Positions 1-15,550 of a stretch of DNA of 64,000 nt are shown piece by piece. The position numbers were made by a program, and so were the translations under genes. Numbering within the stretch: the stretch's first letter is position 1; the number at the start of each line of letters is the position of its first letter. Below the pieces are notes generated by a model, which was not told the DNA's origin, searched no databases, and saw only the letters and a program-made list of their open reading frames with translations. Source of the stretch: Eledone cirrhosa (lineage: Eukaryota); the NCBI GenBank assembly GCA_964016885.1, contig OZ024749.1, positions 47,368,001 through 47,432,000 on the forward strand, written 5' to 3'.

Positions 1-420
<420 letters not shown>

Positions 421-616
421 GGAACCAGTAAGACCCCGACAGCTGAGCTCAAGCCGTTTCGACGGCTAATTCTGGACTGAGTCCAGAATTAGCCGTCGAA
501 ACGGCTTGAGCTCAGCTGTCGGGGTCTTACTGGTTCCTATTACCCACTCTACTACCTCAAGTATTGAGTACTTTGGTGCGTTATGGTCCACCTGGTTCCT
601 TACCACATTTCCTTCG

Positions 617-617
<1 letters not shown>
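421..617 (+). mobile_element. Family A fold-back PLE-derived element (3' half of hammerhead plus tail) in (TA)n
   Basis: Perfect inverted arms 421-478 / 480-537 with a 1-nt loop; GAAA-CGGC..GCTG-TC-GGGGT hammerhead 3' half; ~80-nt tail with TTGAGTAC; homologous to 30593-31895. Confidence 0.8.
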
Positions 618-665
<48 letters not shown>

Positions 666-668
666 TAC

Positions 669-704
<36 letters not shown>

Positions 705-1291
705 TGGTTTCTATGTGTATTAAAGCATATACTAAAACACATCTTGTGTAATCCATCAAGAGCAAGTACACCATGAGGTTCAATAGTTACAAATATTTGA
801 TGTGACTACTAACGTTGTTGCTTAACTGTGTAGGATTATATTTAAATTGCCTCTATCAATTATGCTGTTGATGCTATAGTTGATGGACACTCTGCTGAGG
901 ATTGCGTCGCAGTATATGTAAAACTACCAAATATAATCTTCGTTTGGCTCTCGGCTTGTTCTTATTTTCTCTTACGGTTTTGGAATTCTAATCTGAAATA
1001 CTTTTTATTCCATCTTACTGCTGTGCAGCTATAATTTGGTTTCGTCCTCAGAATATATTCTTGGCAATAATGTGATTATATGAATCTATGTGGTTACGTA
1101 CCTGCGCTTCAATGGTCATAATGCACGAGGTCAAATATTTATGTACAATAAATTGTTAGTGGACACATGGGAACAATTTGCTAGAAATTACAGGGAACGA
1201 AATCAACAATAATCTTCATACGAAGAGTGACAATGTGCAGGGCAGTCATGTTTACTTGTGTTTGCATAAATGATATACATGCCTGCTGATG

Positions 1292-1436
<145 letters not shown>

Positions 1437-3035
1437 ATTTTGACATCTATGAAATAAAACATCATTGAAATTGGTGATCACGTAGTCACTACCCACTTTC
1501 AGTTCGTTGACATTGTCAGAAATGTAATGACTACAATATAATATAAAGATAAGTAGGGACTGTGAAATATCAAGATGAATGACATCCTATTCATCCCATT
1601 CATGCATTTAGACGTTACATTCTATAAGTTAGTAATAACTATTGCGAATTTGTTTGACATACACAACTACATCACTGTCAGCGCCTTTAGATTAATTAGT
1701 AGACGGTATTGATAGCTCATCCAACAAGAAACGCAGTGACGATTTACATTACATTTGCATATTCCCAAACGTCTCAGGTAATGGAAACGTATGTCCAACA
1801 CTTGACACTTGATTTTTGTTGTTGTTGTTTTCGTTAGTTACGGTAAGTACGCTACACACTTTCGAAACTTATTTCATGTTTGAATAAAACTTCTGTTCCG
1901 CCAAATAGCCTTGCTTTAAATTCTAAACAATGAATAAGCCAAGCGAAGCAATATTGGTCAATATTCCTATAATCAAGCTCAAAACGATTTACGACAAATT
2001 ATTCCACTATCTTTATTTTTGAGAATTATAATGTACGTAAGAGTTATGAAATGAATCCTATTTTGTAGAATTTGATAGACAGTATTATCAAACAATATCG
2101 GAGATATGTTAGATGTTAAAAACAGAACGGTATTATATTATTTAGCAACTGCGATTACTGTGTTGCGGCCAATTCTTTTGGCAACACGATATTACTAGTA
2201 ATAAGTTAGATGTCTGTGCAATATTGAACGACTTGTGTAATTAAATGACATCGTCAAATATATATATATATATATATATATGTCATGTTGGTTAACAATG
2301 AAGTAAATGAGATGTCATCATATAGAAGCTGGTGCTCTAATCACTAATGATTTATGTATAGTCATATACAACGTATGTGCATTGATAACACAGTAGGCAG
2401 TGTATTCACCACATATCAGATCAAGATAGCATGTTATTCTTGTAAACGTCTGTGTAATGTATGAGGTCGGCATAATCACACTTAAAATGAATATAATTAG
2501 GATAGTCTTTGGAGTACTTTCAATTACATCGATTGCAAAGTCTTATTAATCAGCTACATAGAGTATTCGTAGTAGACGCACACATATATATATACAATTA
2601 AATTACCTCTAGATACTTAACCCTGATCGATTATACATCGCTGTAATAATAGTCAGTTTGAACATTCACATCCTATTAATTATGCATGTGTATAATACAA
2701 CTCTTATTCACAATTAGAGAGGCATAAATTATTAGTTACTTTCGAACATAAAATGGACGATTTTCTGAGTGGGAGTATTAATCAGTTAGAAATTGAGGAG
2801 AGGGAAATATATTGTAGATTATTTGATGTGATGAAGCTGAATTTGAAAATATAAATTGAAATTATATACAAACACCATAAAGTGAAAATGTGGCCGTATA
2901 TTAAATGCAGGTACAATTCATATGTTCATGCGATTATGCCTCTAGATGCAGATCACTTTGAATAAACACACATAATTGCGCATGCATACCACCACATATG
3001 TGTATGCCTACATGCAGGCATACAATCATATCTCT

Positions 3036-3321
<286 letters not shown>

Positions 3322-3324
3322 CAG

Positions 3325-3447
3325 GTAAATTTCCCGAGATCCATGGACGAGTTCTCTCGCGTGGTCTCTGTCCCTCATCATCAATGCTATGTCATGCGTC
3401 TCCAACAGACCAGTGTCTGTCCTTAGGGCATCAACATACGTTAACAT
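3325..3447 (-). mobile_element. RTE-type LINE 3' fragment (ORF C-terminus)
   Basis: Translation LTYVDALRTDTGLLETHDIALMMRDRDHARELV fits the RTE/RTE-X terminal pattern TYVD.L..DTGL....M.DR..WR. Confidence 0.65.
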
Positions 3448-4631
3448 TAGTTATATGCGTGTGTGTATGTGAACATTATTGTATGTGTATATCTCATATT
3501 TGCTAAATCATTCTAAATGTTAATCTCTATATATATGTATGTTTACACTGGGAGAATGCTCATGTACGATAGACATTTAGATTAGGCATGTTTCTTAAAA
3601 TAACCGCCTTACGTAAATATATGTAGCGGTCATATTGCACTGAACGTATCTCCACGTTTAGAATTATAATGAATTTGCAATTAGTTATAAACATGAAAAT
3701 AATAGATTTTATATGGAATATATTATCTCCATCAGACTACTTTGAATATGACAATAACATCAACTGTTTGAAAAAATAGGGATTTGGGAAATAATGTATA
3801 AATTTAAGCAGAAAAATCATGGTAAATTCTTTCCTCATACGGTGTAGGTTGAATTATAATTACATGTTCATCGGTTGAGAGATAACAATTAATACAGGAA
3901 CTTTGTTTGGAAATTGCCGTCAACGAAGGAATTAAATGCTTAAATTTCATCACGAAAATACTAGCTAACCTCTTCCGTCATAAACCAGTGAAAGGCCTAT
4001 GGAATTTCCATTTAGTTTTGGTTTTATGAGGAACGTTTTTCTTTCAGTTCAATATGATAATTCACTTATAAATATTAGACTACCTGCATATATCTGAAGT
4101 AACTGAAAAGGTAATAATTCATTGTTTTATACAAATGATATATTTCTAAATAATTTAATTTTGAAGGGAATTATGTTACGAGGGACAATGTATCCGCTTC
4201 AGAAATATCAAGACAATCCTTTCAACATTTCTCTTAGCCGATGCATCCAATTGTTCAATGGCTAGAATATTCATAGAGTCCTGAGGTGAGGCAAGTGTTT
4301 ATACGCTGCTGCTAACATCGCAGTTACCCGTAAAGAAAGGATCCAAATATATGGTGCACTTAGTTGTCGCCAGGATTGACGTTTCCATTATTTATGCATA
4401 AGGATTAATTGGCGATGTACTCCGATGTATTTCATTTCAAATACATCAGTAAAACATAAAGGAATGGCAGGGCAATTCAATTAAATAGGAATCATATGCC
4501 ATTAAATGTGATATATTCTGAACGTCTGAAAGTATTATTCCATCACTATTAACATCCCATAATTTCGTAACATATTATATATTGGTTATGTAATAAATCA
4601 TTAGTATTAGGGAGCAAGGCATGGAATGTAT

Positions 4632-4737
4632 CGCCGAGGTTGACTTTGCCTTTCATCCTTACGGGGTCGATAAAATAAAGTACAAGTAATGCACTGGGTA
4701 ATTGCTGGCATTGTGTCTAAATGTAGAAACAATTATT
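4632..4737 (+). mobile_element. SINE, 5'-truncated
   Basis: Core TTTGCCTTTCATCCTTACGGGGTCGATAAAATAAAGTAC plus tail ..GTAGAAACAATTATT shared with the other copies. Confidence 0.9.
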
Positions 4738-5689
4738 AAAACGTAGGTTGTACATTTTTGACAACATAGTTTGCGATAACTATTTTACATAATTTGAAAG
4801 TCGTTGCCAATTTACAATGTAAAATTACTGTTGTAACACGTCGACAGTTCAGAAGATGAAGCGCCGATGTCACATCTGATGGGTTTTAAGTTCTATGACC
4901 TATACAATCACATGAAGTAAACTGTCAGTAATAAGATTCTAGCGAATCAAAAGTGCACGGTACATAATGTATCTTCAGAATTATCAATATTATTCTCATA
5001 CTCATGATGACAAACATAACCAACAGTCACCTTTTACACCCTTATGTTCATGATCCTCTCTACCAATACTATCAGTCTCATAATTATCCACCTCAACATC
5101 ATCTACATCACCATAATCATTGCGATCAGATGTATTATCTCGTATAGTGAATCCATATAGTTTACTGAGTTCATAATGTTACATTTCTTTATTTACAGGA
5201 AATATTAATGCCAATGTTGATTGAAACATGTTATTTTTTCACATTGAAACTCTGCATAAAAATAAAGATTATTCAATTATGCTACGACCGTAGGTTGCTA
5301 GCACTACCGCGAATTATGTGAAACAATATGAATTATAGATTGAAAACTAACAGAAGAGGTATGTCATCAACATGTCAACGATGAGTAGCAAACAAAAAAA
5401 AATGAAAATAAATGCATGTAGAATACCTGACAAATAGTAGTCTGTACACGAATATTTTGACAATATATAACTCTAGCTATGAAATTAATTGAATTATTAG
5501 GAGACGGATAACATGAACTATTCCAGTACATGACGACAGGTATGTAATTAAATTGAGAGCGGTATGTAGGAAATGAAGGATAATGATCTTGAAATTTTAA
5601 TTCGGATCATTATACAATAACATTAATATATATGGAACGCAGTTATGTTCATCAATCAACATTTACAACTATTGCTATTTCATTTATTA

Positions 5690-5910
5690 ATGAATAATAA
5701 TAACGAGAAGGATGAGAAGGCTAAGGAAGGCGAGAAGGAGAGAGGCGGTGAAGGAGAATATGATGATAGAGGAGGGAGGAATGAGAATGTGGATGAGGTG
5801 GAGGATAATGAGGAAGGGTAAAAATGAAGATTGGAATTATGTAAAAAAGGATAAAGTGAGAATATTGAGGGAGAGAGGAAAAATATAGTTTGAGTTGAGT
5901 CGAAGGGGGA
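5690..5910. repeat. purine-rich low-complexity tract
   Basis: degenerate GAG/GAA/AAT triplets. Confidence 0.7.
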
Positions 5911-7738
5911 CAATTAGTGGAAAATTATATATGAAACAAGACTGCTACACGAGGGAAAATAATATTGTTGTTGCGTGTCTCCTGATAGAATCGATGTAAA
6001 ATGGATGCATTAAATAAGATTGGCAGTAGAGGCTGGATGGTTAACTATATAACCAAAGAGAGAAATGGGGAAAATTGAAATTGATTCGTTTTTAGTAATC
6101 TTAAACCATTCAATTTAGCATGAATAAAATAAAACCTTTTCAATTAAACATCAAAACGGCAGCAGCGTCACCATTCTGTAGTAAGATATTATTACGCATG
6201 CCTGACAAAATTGATATATTGTCCACTTGATACATAACAAATATACTCTAAATCTCGAATAGTTTATTCAGTTAGGACAACAGTTTGAAAAAAGCACATA
6301 ATGAATAAAATAATTAGTAACATTGATATGAATATATAATGTATACACAACTGATTCTTATTTGTTTGCATTTTGCCCCATAGAAAGTATTACAAACGAA
6401 AGCAAGATAATGATTAACAATAATAATGTTAGGGCAATTTATCTGGACTAGTGGATAAACTGCGATTTGTGCTTTGCCGAACAAATATACTTTACGATGG
6501 ACAGTTGTACAAATATATTCCACTGCACGATGCTCTCCACATATCAAATACTTATGTAGGCTTTATAGGGAATCTGTTACTGAATTCTGTCATTGCCTTA
6601 TTTTGTCATGCCTTCTATTTTTTTCAGTTTTGCCTGGTTGATGGTTCAGTTGCAAATGCCGAAAACATTGAATAATTTTCTCTTTGTAATCTATGAGTTC
6701 TGATTGTTATCATTATATATAAGCTCTGCCCATGCTAGTAAATTGTTTCTGTTCATGTGATATTGTTTCTGCAACTGACGTTGGTGTTGTGCAGCCACCG
6801 GAACAGACCCATGTTGATTAGCGTGAGAGCGTTGTCTATTTTGTTATACTATCATGAGTATCTGCTACCAGAATATTACGTTGTAACATATCCAATATGT
6901 TGTATAGGATAACGACATTTGAAGATAAAGAACTTCTTTTCGCAATCGGTTGAACCAACGGGTAGAGAACATGGTTTTCGTTTAGAATTATAAACCACAG
7001 TTACGTTCAGGATGCAGTATACATTTACATTTAAGTCGAATAACATAATGCATGGGACATTTGTTTGAATGGAACTACGTTCTATTTATTCCATTCTGCA
7101 ATGAATTCATTTAATTCACTTTTCATTCCATATCATGATATGAGCTTATATATAACTATTGCATTCCGTCATGTGCTGTTCGCATTGATGCCGCAGTGAA
7201 ATAATTAAGATTATCTAAAGAATCCAAGTTCCTACAGGTTTTTCCCTTTGTTTTTCATTATATTTTAGTTTTGTTCTGTGGAAAAGTTTTTTTTTATTCC
7301 ATCGAAAGTTATTACTATGTAATCTGATGATTTACTAGGCAAATATATTACAATTGGAAGTCTATTGGTGCGGCTAGCAGAATAAGTGTTTTGAAGTGTT
7401 TGAAAGTAGATTCAGCTTACATTCGTGGATTTATATTAAGGAGTATATATTCTTTAGAATCAAAGTAAAACATGCAAACTAACGCACGGACATATAGACA
7501 TGCAAAAAACACTCTTACTACATATATATTAAATAACGACATTCTCACACGAAAGCATTTGCAGAAGATTAAATGGAGAAAGCACAAACTTCCATACCCG
7601 CACAAACAGGTATAAAAATGCACTTACAGATGCAATCACTTTTACCCATGCATTGCAACACACCTCACTCTCAAATGCATATATGCAGGCACACACATAT
7701 TATCATACACACATACACCCCCACCCCACACGCACACA

Positions 7739-7783
<45 letters not shown>

Positions 7784-8408
7784 CGTTTTATGCGTATGGT
7801 GCGTGTATGTATCTATAAGTTTGATGTATATTTACCATATCGTATTTATTTAAATCTCATTTACCAAAGACTCGAGGATAGATATATTGAAGCTGATAAG
7901 AGACAGAGAGTGACAGAGTGAGAAAAACAAGTGATGGTGAAAATAAATGAATGCCAACTCTGTATAAGTAACGGAAATGAAACAGCTTCTTTCGTGTTGG
8001 ATAGAATTTCAACATCGAAATAAATAAATGCGCAATGCCGGATAAAATATCCGAGATCATGCATCACAACTACGTCAGGATATTGCAACATATTATCACT
8101 TGAAGCATCTTCTTTTCATGTGAATCTTTGTATTTTTACCTGTAAATGTAAGTCGTATTAATATTAGGTTATTCCTGTTTTAATTCCAATGGTGGAGTTT
8201 TTGTGTGGAGTAAATATAGAAGAACACAACGAGTATTTCTATATTTGATCAGGTTTCTACATATTTAATTTACGAGATCAAATCCCGTGATATCCAGATC
8301 TGCACTGTATCCCACTGGTGTGGACACATGATTATGTAATCAACTATTCCCTCAATTAAAATGTCTACCTTGTCTAAAGTTTATTAATCCTTATTAGAAG
8401 ATCTGCCC

Positions 8409-8554
8409 CCATGCTTTCCAGCATAGTTACGTCTCTTTACAGTCTGACTTCAAATCCCGCCGACGTTAACTTTGCCTTTCATCCTTACGGGGTCGATAAA
8501 ATAAAGTACCAGTAATACACTGGGATAATTGCTGGCCCTGTGCCAAAAGTAGAC
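8409..8554 (+). mobile_element. SINE, 5'-truncated
   Basis: B-box-like TTCAAATCCC, core and tail. Confidence 0.9.
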
Positions 8555-8693
8555 ATTTTTTCAAAATTAATTAATTTATTTATTATATCTTTTTTTTCTT
8601 TTCGGTAAACTTCTTAAGTGATCTCACCCCAACATGTACCTTGACCTTTTGAATTTTACCTGCTGAGATCAACTTAGTTTTTCATTATTTCAA

Positions 8694-8905
8694 GGGCGGT
8701 GGATTGGCAAAGGTCGTTGGATTGGGAGTATCGGTAAATGGTCTGACGCCATGCATTGCAGCAAAGAGTTACGTCCCTTTATGGTCTGATTTAAAATCCC
8801 GCCGATGTTAACTTTGCTTTTCATCCTTACGGGATCGATAAAATAAAGTACCAGCAATACACTGAGATAATTGATAGCCTTGTGCCAAATGTAGAAACAC
8901 TTATT
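8694..8905 (+). mobile_element. SINE, full length with duplicated head
   Basis: GGGCGGTGGATTGGC head with GGATTGG occurring twice, core, tail. Confidence 0.9.
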
Positions 8906-11498
8906 TCAATGGTTAAAAATACTGAAATCAATATCATTCCTTTCCCCATTTCCTTACAAATGGAGCACATGTGCTTAAATCATAAATCCTTATAATTATT
9001 ATATTGGTAGATTTCTACGTTGAATTCGTGTTACTACGACACGAATAGAAAGAACCCAACAGTTACATCATCATGCAGGATATTTCACAAACCTGCTCTG
9101 CCCCCTAAGCGTTTCTATCTTGATCTTATAGCACACATGCTTATTTTACATGCATTGTATCAATAACAAAGGAATTGAAATTTGATAAATGAATGGATCG
9201 AAGTATGTTAACGAGACATTTTAATACAGGCATATAATATGTTACCAATTGCTGTAAATCTAACGAGACATTTCACATTCACATTTGACGAAAACACTAT
9301 CACATTCACATATATAGGCACTCATGTATGTATACAATGACATGGTAGAGGCAGTTACGTCATCGATAAAAAACAAGCTCGTAGAATCGCAGTGTAGCTA
9401 ACACCATGTAATATTACACAAATCCATCCAATATTAGTGAAATGGTTTTAAAAGGGGAGTTGCTGACATTCCAATGCTATCTTTCGAGGAACATGCAGAT
9501 TGAAAAGGGAAAGAACGAATAACAAGTACATCATTATTTAATTGGTATATAACTGTTATATTTCTAAATATATCGTGCCCAATAATGATTTCAACTCATG
9601 CATTTAGCTGGTAGTGTGAAACAATATAACATTTTGAACTGTTTGGTTAATTCATTTTAAGTTACCTTTTCTTATCATTAAATATTTGAAAGGTGTCATT
9701 AATTAGTTAAGAGATTTCCATTAATTGTAATATATTGATTTTGCATAATTATTGTTCCTCGCCATATTTTTAGGGAGTTAGTGTTATTCAATTGCCACGT
9801 TAATAACGACTGTGTTATTTCGAAAAATGCTGGCACATTCAATAATATAACATACTTTCATATATACGTGTTATGTATAAGTCTAATCCTACCCCTGTTC
9901 CGTTATAATTTTTGTGGATTTTGCCATCTGTTAGCGGTAATTCAACATTAATAACAAGTGTCTTTTAGTCTTTTTAGTGTCGATTGTTATGAAAAGAGCA
10001 GTTATCAGAATGAAAATATGTAATAAAAGGTGCAGTTATGAGCAGTTCTGCAGTCTTATATATCATGTTAGTAATAAATTCATCTCCACCAAAAGGTAGC
10101 TTCCTACTAGAGAACAAGTGTCCATAATGATTTCACAAGATCAGTTTAAATTTTCTAACAAAGAATTCATGATTTATTAATGAAATGTTTTGCCAGCTTT
10201 CCTCTAAGGTAAACATAGTTGACGACATTTAGATTGTTTCGTTGCCTTGGTAATATAATGTTCATTCATCTTTAATGATATAACGTGCGAAATGTTATAT
10301 GCTGATAAAATAATTAAATACAGAACATGAAATCTGAAAGTAAAGTGACCTAGGATGTTAACACCTTTTAGAAACCACCTAAAGAAGCATATATCATGTT
10401 GTGCTTAAATAGTGAAATGATGACATAAATCTTATAATGGATGTTGCCTCCTACGTAAATGGCTTCTCATCCAGGATTATTTATCGCATTTGGGTATGAT
10501 TATTTACTAAAGAAAATAACATTTCTGACATCGTTTATTTGAAAGTATTTGTTCGACTTCACACCTATACATTTTAGTAAATGTACAGCAATATTGCCAT
10601 CAACAGTAATATCTTTTTCTTGTTATATATTTCAAAATAAAGGTCGGTGTATAAGAACATTTAAAGCGTCGGATAACATAGTTAGTATCATAATTAATAC
10701 CATTTACCTCCTAGGTTAGATTGTGTCTTTCATCCTTACGGGCTGTGTCTTAATAGACTGTTAGCTTTCCCCCGAAATTGTTGCTTGTGTGTTTAAATCC
10801 GAAGAAAAAACATCTTACATATAACTAATCATTAGATGTTCATGAAACGAATTCTTATCCTGTATGAGGCGGGATTATTAGTTCAATTCAGTCACACGTT
10901 TTCTAGTATAGGAAAACGTTGAAACTTTGTGTCAGACCATCGTCAGCAATTGCAAAATGAATATAGTCTTAGATTAATAGCCAGCAATATTCAGTTTATT
11001 TGGTATATCTTTGAATGATATCTACTTTGAGCATCAAAGTAATTCAGAGCGTTTTACTAGACATAGGCATTTCGCCAACATCATTGAATTTAACATGGAA
11101 AGAATGAAAATTATAAAGAATCAAAGTTAATTTCCCTTGATCAATAATTTGCCAATCCATAAATAAAATAATCTGCCAACACTCATTCCTTCAAACACTG
11201 TGCAAGCTGATTCGCTTTCTATATTGAAGGGTTCGGTTTCACCTTCATCTTCCAGAGAGGATACGAATAATATACATATATACACAAAGTGTTATGAAAG
11301 AGTTAATGACAACACCCATGCATGCATTGTGCCGCACATGACCTGGTCAATCATACACATATATACGTGCGTATATGTATGTTTGATGTTTTAGAATGTT
11401 TATGCATATATACATAGAACACGGAAGAAAGGCCGGATAAAAGCAAGTTATCAGTATAAACTCCTTTTTTGCGTTGATTGTCCCGCACTTTACCTCAC

Positions 11499-11559
<61 letters not shown>

Positions 11560-14500
11560 ATTGTGTTGGAAAGAAGGTTACCGTATTTTCACAAAAGGAG
11601 GTAATTTGATAAATTATTCTGCAAATGTAGAAAAATGTGCTTGAACACATTTAATAAATTAAGTTTACATCCTCTCTTTACATTTTCCATTTTTCGTTTT
11701 CTTTTGGGGCGGTCAGTGAGGGAGCAACACTGCATGGATCTATCGAAATAATGTATTCATGACTGATTTACGATGATTTCAAATTTATCATTCGCACAGT
11801 TTCATTGCGTCATCGAAGTAAGTGTATTTGTAGCAAGCCATTACTGAATGCAATACTAAGGACTGCTTTTATGCATCCGCATTGGGCGACCTAATCCAGC
11901 ACAAGACGTCCATCCGAGTTTCATGACGAGCAACTGCGCAAGCTGATGGAAGCCGAAACACGCTCACCTTTATGAATGAATTACGTGCTTTGTTCTGAAA
12001 AACATGTGTGACATTCAATGAGCTAACGTACCTTTATGTTTAATGTAGGTATTTAAGGATTTAAGAGACACAGGAATCTACGTATGCTTGTAGAATTTAA
12101 TATTGAACCATACGTCCAGCTGAATATATAAAACAGCTCTTCAACACATGAAGGTCGCAATTCTTTTACACATATGCAACATGAAGTAAATATATATCAA
12201 TCTATTATGTCATATGCACTATTATTTCACCTGTATATCTCTAGTACAGCCACATTTGAATTCCAACAATTAGCAAATGAATTGATGTTTAAACGTGCCT
12301 CATCAATATATTGCAATGTCAAGTGCGTAGTGTTAATTACGATTCAGATGAAATGTACATAATTAGTGAGGCAAATGATATTAATAATCAATGGGATCCT
12401 CTGTTGTATCAAGTAAGAATGCGTTTAGATTAAACACCCGTGTATAGAGTGTACAGTTCGAGAGGCTAAAAACACAATGTCAAATGTTCGTTCCATTAAT
12501 TTCTCGGTCAACATAAAAATATTGATTGTATCTGTAACTCAGATTATTTACATAGTAAAAATATAGAATTTTAATTAAAATGATTCTTTCCATTAGAAAA
12601 ATAGCAATAAAATCAAACGTGAATGAAAGAAAAATTATAAAGCAATACTTTATTAATATTATAAATTATTTCTAGTTGTTGTTGATGCTGATAATATCAT
12701 CATACTTCTTTCATCTAATCTCAGCCTCAACAGTATACGTCAATGCGTTTTCAATATCGTAACAGGGTATTTACGCAGTATGACAAAAATATATTAACTC
12801 TAATTAGATCTGTATATACGTAGAAATATTTCTGAAACATGTTTTTCTTCAGAAAGAAAACGAGATATTGTAATTGGAATTGTGTTTGTAGAGATTTTTA
12901 GAAGAAAATATACAGTAAAGCTTGACTCTACCTATACTTTGAATGCTGCCTATTGATATATGTGTTAGGAAATAACGGGAATATAAACGAATAGAATCCT
13001 ACAGACAAGATGTTCGATCATTCCTTAAATTGTATATACAAGATATATATATATATATATTTTATATATTCTATATGATCATAACCTTGATTGGCTATAT
13101 TTTATTTGGTTACGTTGATTCAATTAACTAACGCAGATCTGTGTACTGAGTTTGCATACATGTTTGTGTGTATGTGTTGTTGTTCCTATTGTCTCTATGC
13201 TATACGAGGTGTTGTATATATATATGCTTATATACTATTCATGATTAAGGTAAGCAAACTGAAACAGCACCACTCTTACACGCACTCACATATACACTTA
13301 CATATATGATAGAGAGAGAGTAAACGTGATGTGGGATATTACAATTCCGCACAAATATCCGTTCATCAAATGTCATATATTAGCCATTTCACACAAACAC
13401 GAAGCTATTGTTGACGCACTGGAGCAATTTAAATATTTCCTGTCACATTTACAGTCAACTATTTACAGTGAAACAGGTGGACACATGTCAATTGCTCTCA
13501 AAAATTATTGTTCGTAGTACCTTCAATATCTCAAACAATATATGCTTGCATTGAGTAATAGTATTGTTCTTTTCATAAATGTTATAAACGGAAATCTACA
13601 ATAAACGTAATATAATTGAATGTTTTATGGATGGTATTTTTGTCTATTATCACATATTATTTAGTACATACACATTCAATAATCTTCACAAATAATGTAT
13701 ATGAAGTTTATTTATACAGCTTCACGAAAGGTTAGTGTCACATATTTCAGGATAATGAAATTAAAACTATTTTAATATAACCATTTCTGAAAACACAATC
13801 TCATTTAAGAAAAATAGGGATTGTGTTGACAGATTGACTTTTATATATTTCCATAAATATTTACAACATACGATATAGATCACATCAGAATTTCATGACA
13901 GATATATGCAGATTAACATTTTTCGATAAAATTGAATTTCTGTCACTATGTTTAAATTGTCAAATCTTACGACAATAAACGCAAGAATAATAGATAGGCT
14001 CATTTATTTGCCAACATAATAGATATAACAACGACATGTATAATAATGTAGAAATAGAACGCTGACGATTGGGCTCTATAAATTAATCCAAAAAGCAGAA
14101 GCACTTTCAATGCCAGATAATATAATGGAGAACTTTAATTTTGGTTAATATATCTGTGAAATATTGTTGAATAAAGTATCATTTAATTAGCATTTGGGGC
14201 AGCTTTTGCAACACTCCTATCAATAAACAATGGTTTAAGTAAGACCATTAATTAGACATATGCTATGTTTTACAAATGGTTACGTTTTATCAACTGGATA
14301 GTAGGTGATTGTGACATACGTCTATTATAGCAACATTGAACATAATTCCGACTCAATATTAATAGGTTTTTATTAAATATGGATGTATTACCTAAAGCCT
14401 GTATTATATGATTCAGTCGGAAGAAGTCGCGTCAATACTTCTCTAATGGTAACAGCCTTCATATTCATTATGTGTGTATATATATATACAGAGAGAAATG

Positions 14501-14763
14501 GAGATAAAGAATATACGTGTGTGTGTGTACCTCCTCGATTGATAATTTGATGTATCACATGGATTTAAAGTTTTCGTAACTTTTCTTATACGTGGGTATA
14601 TGTGTACATGTACTTAAACTGTTGGTTAGAATCATACATTTGGTGTAGTGTAGGCGTTGGTCTATGTCGCACTTCTGTTTCAAGTGTGCGTGTGTGCTTT
14701 TAGCGTTGTTCATATAGCAGGTATTCAATCTGGTACTTGCGTGATTGTTTTATATGTTGCAAT

Positions 14764-14817
<54 letters not shown>

Positions 14818-14820
<3 letters not shown>

Positions 14821-15018
14821 TTAATATAGATACGATTCTACAGGACTAGAACTGTTTCATTCTTTAGAAATCATCACGAATCTGAGATTCCTGATGATTT
14901 CTAAAGAATGAAACAGTTCTAGTCCTGTAGAATCTCCTCTATATTAAAACCTGTATACTCTGCAATGTATTGAGTACCTTACTTACTGTGGTTACCTCCG
15001 ATTCAACTCGGAATAACG
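14818..15018 (+). mobile_element. Family C fold-back element in (TA)n
   Basis: Inverted arms 14818-14883 / 14885-14950 with a 1-nt loop; ~68-nt tail with TTGAGTAC; homologous to 41265-41447. Confidence 0.85.
14884..14936 (+). ncRNA. minimal type I hammerhead ribozyme
   Basis: Stem I GAGATTC/GAATCTC, core CTGATGA (14891-97), stem II TTC-taaa-GAA, GAAA, stem III CAG/CTG, GUA cleavage triplet 14927-29. Confidence 0.85.
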
Positions 15019-15464
15019 TATATATATATATATATCTGTGCGGCATTTACCTTCTATATAATGTTATATGTATAACGTTCGTTTTTTTGATGAGTTATGC
15101 TATAACATTATAATAACCCCATGCTGAGATATTAGATTATTACCAGCAATCATTTGAAAACAGTAGTGATACACTGATTCTATTTTTCGGTAGAAATAAT
15201 GAAGTATTGAAGTGAACAGTAACTGTCATATCACCTGATAATAAAGGAATAATTAGATCTACTTATATCCGTCAGTAATAACATAATTACATAGAAATTA
15301 TTCCGACTATATACAATGCAAGAACAGGAAAATGTATGGATGATTAAAATGTATCTCTGAATTAATAACAGCTTAACATATATTATTCGAATGTCGTAAA
15401 TGGTTCAAGATTGTTCTGGTACTAGAGCTAGATAATTGTTTCCACATATGGCAAAATACCATCA

Positions 15465-15550
15465 ATTACCAAGTGCATTGCTGGTATTTATTTTATCGAC
15501 CCATTAAGGGTGAAAGGCAAATCTAACCTCGGCTGGATTTGACTGAGAAT
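15465..15550 (-). mobile_element. SINE, diverged partial
   Basis: reverse complement of core: CTGGTATTTATTTTATCGACCC..GAAAGGCAAA. Confidence 0.8.

Noticed and set aside
421-617. Palindromic inserts as ordinary MITEs or miRNA precursors
   Set aside because: Asymmetric tail, variable arm length within a family, hammerhead cores and a GIY-YIG remnant fit PLE-type retro-insertion better
7318-7352. CTGATGA with a flanking stem
   Set aside because: No GAAA core strand
11940-11968. CTGATGG..GAAAC hammerhead-like string in a GC-richer patch
   Set aside because: Core mismatch, no stems I or III, no TA context; no convincing exon either
12820-12858. Minus-strand CTGAAGA..GAAATATTTC
   Set aside because: No stem I pairing; expected by chance in AT-rich DNA
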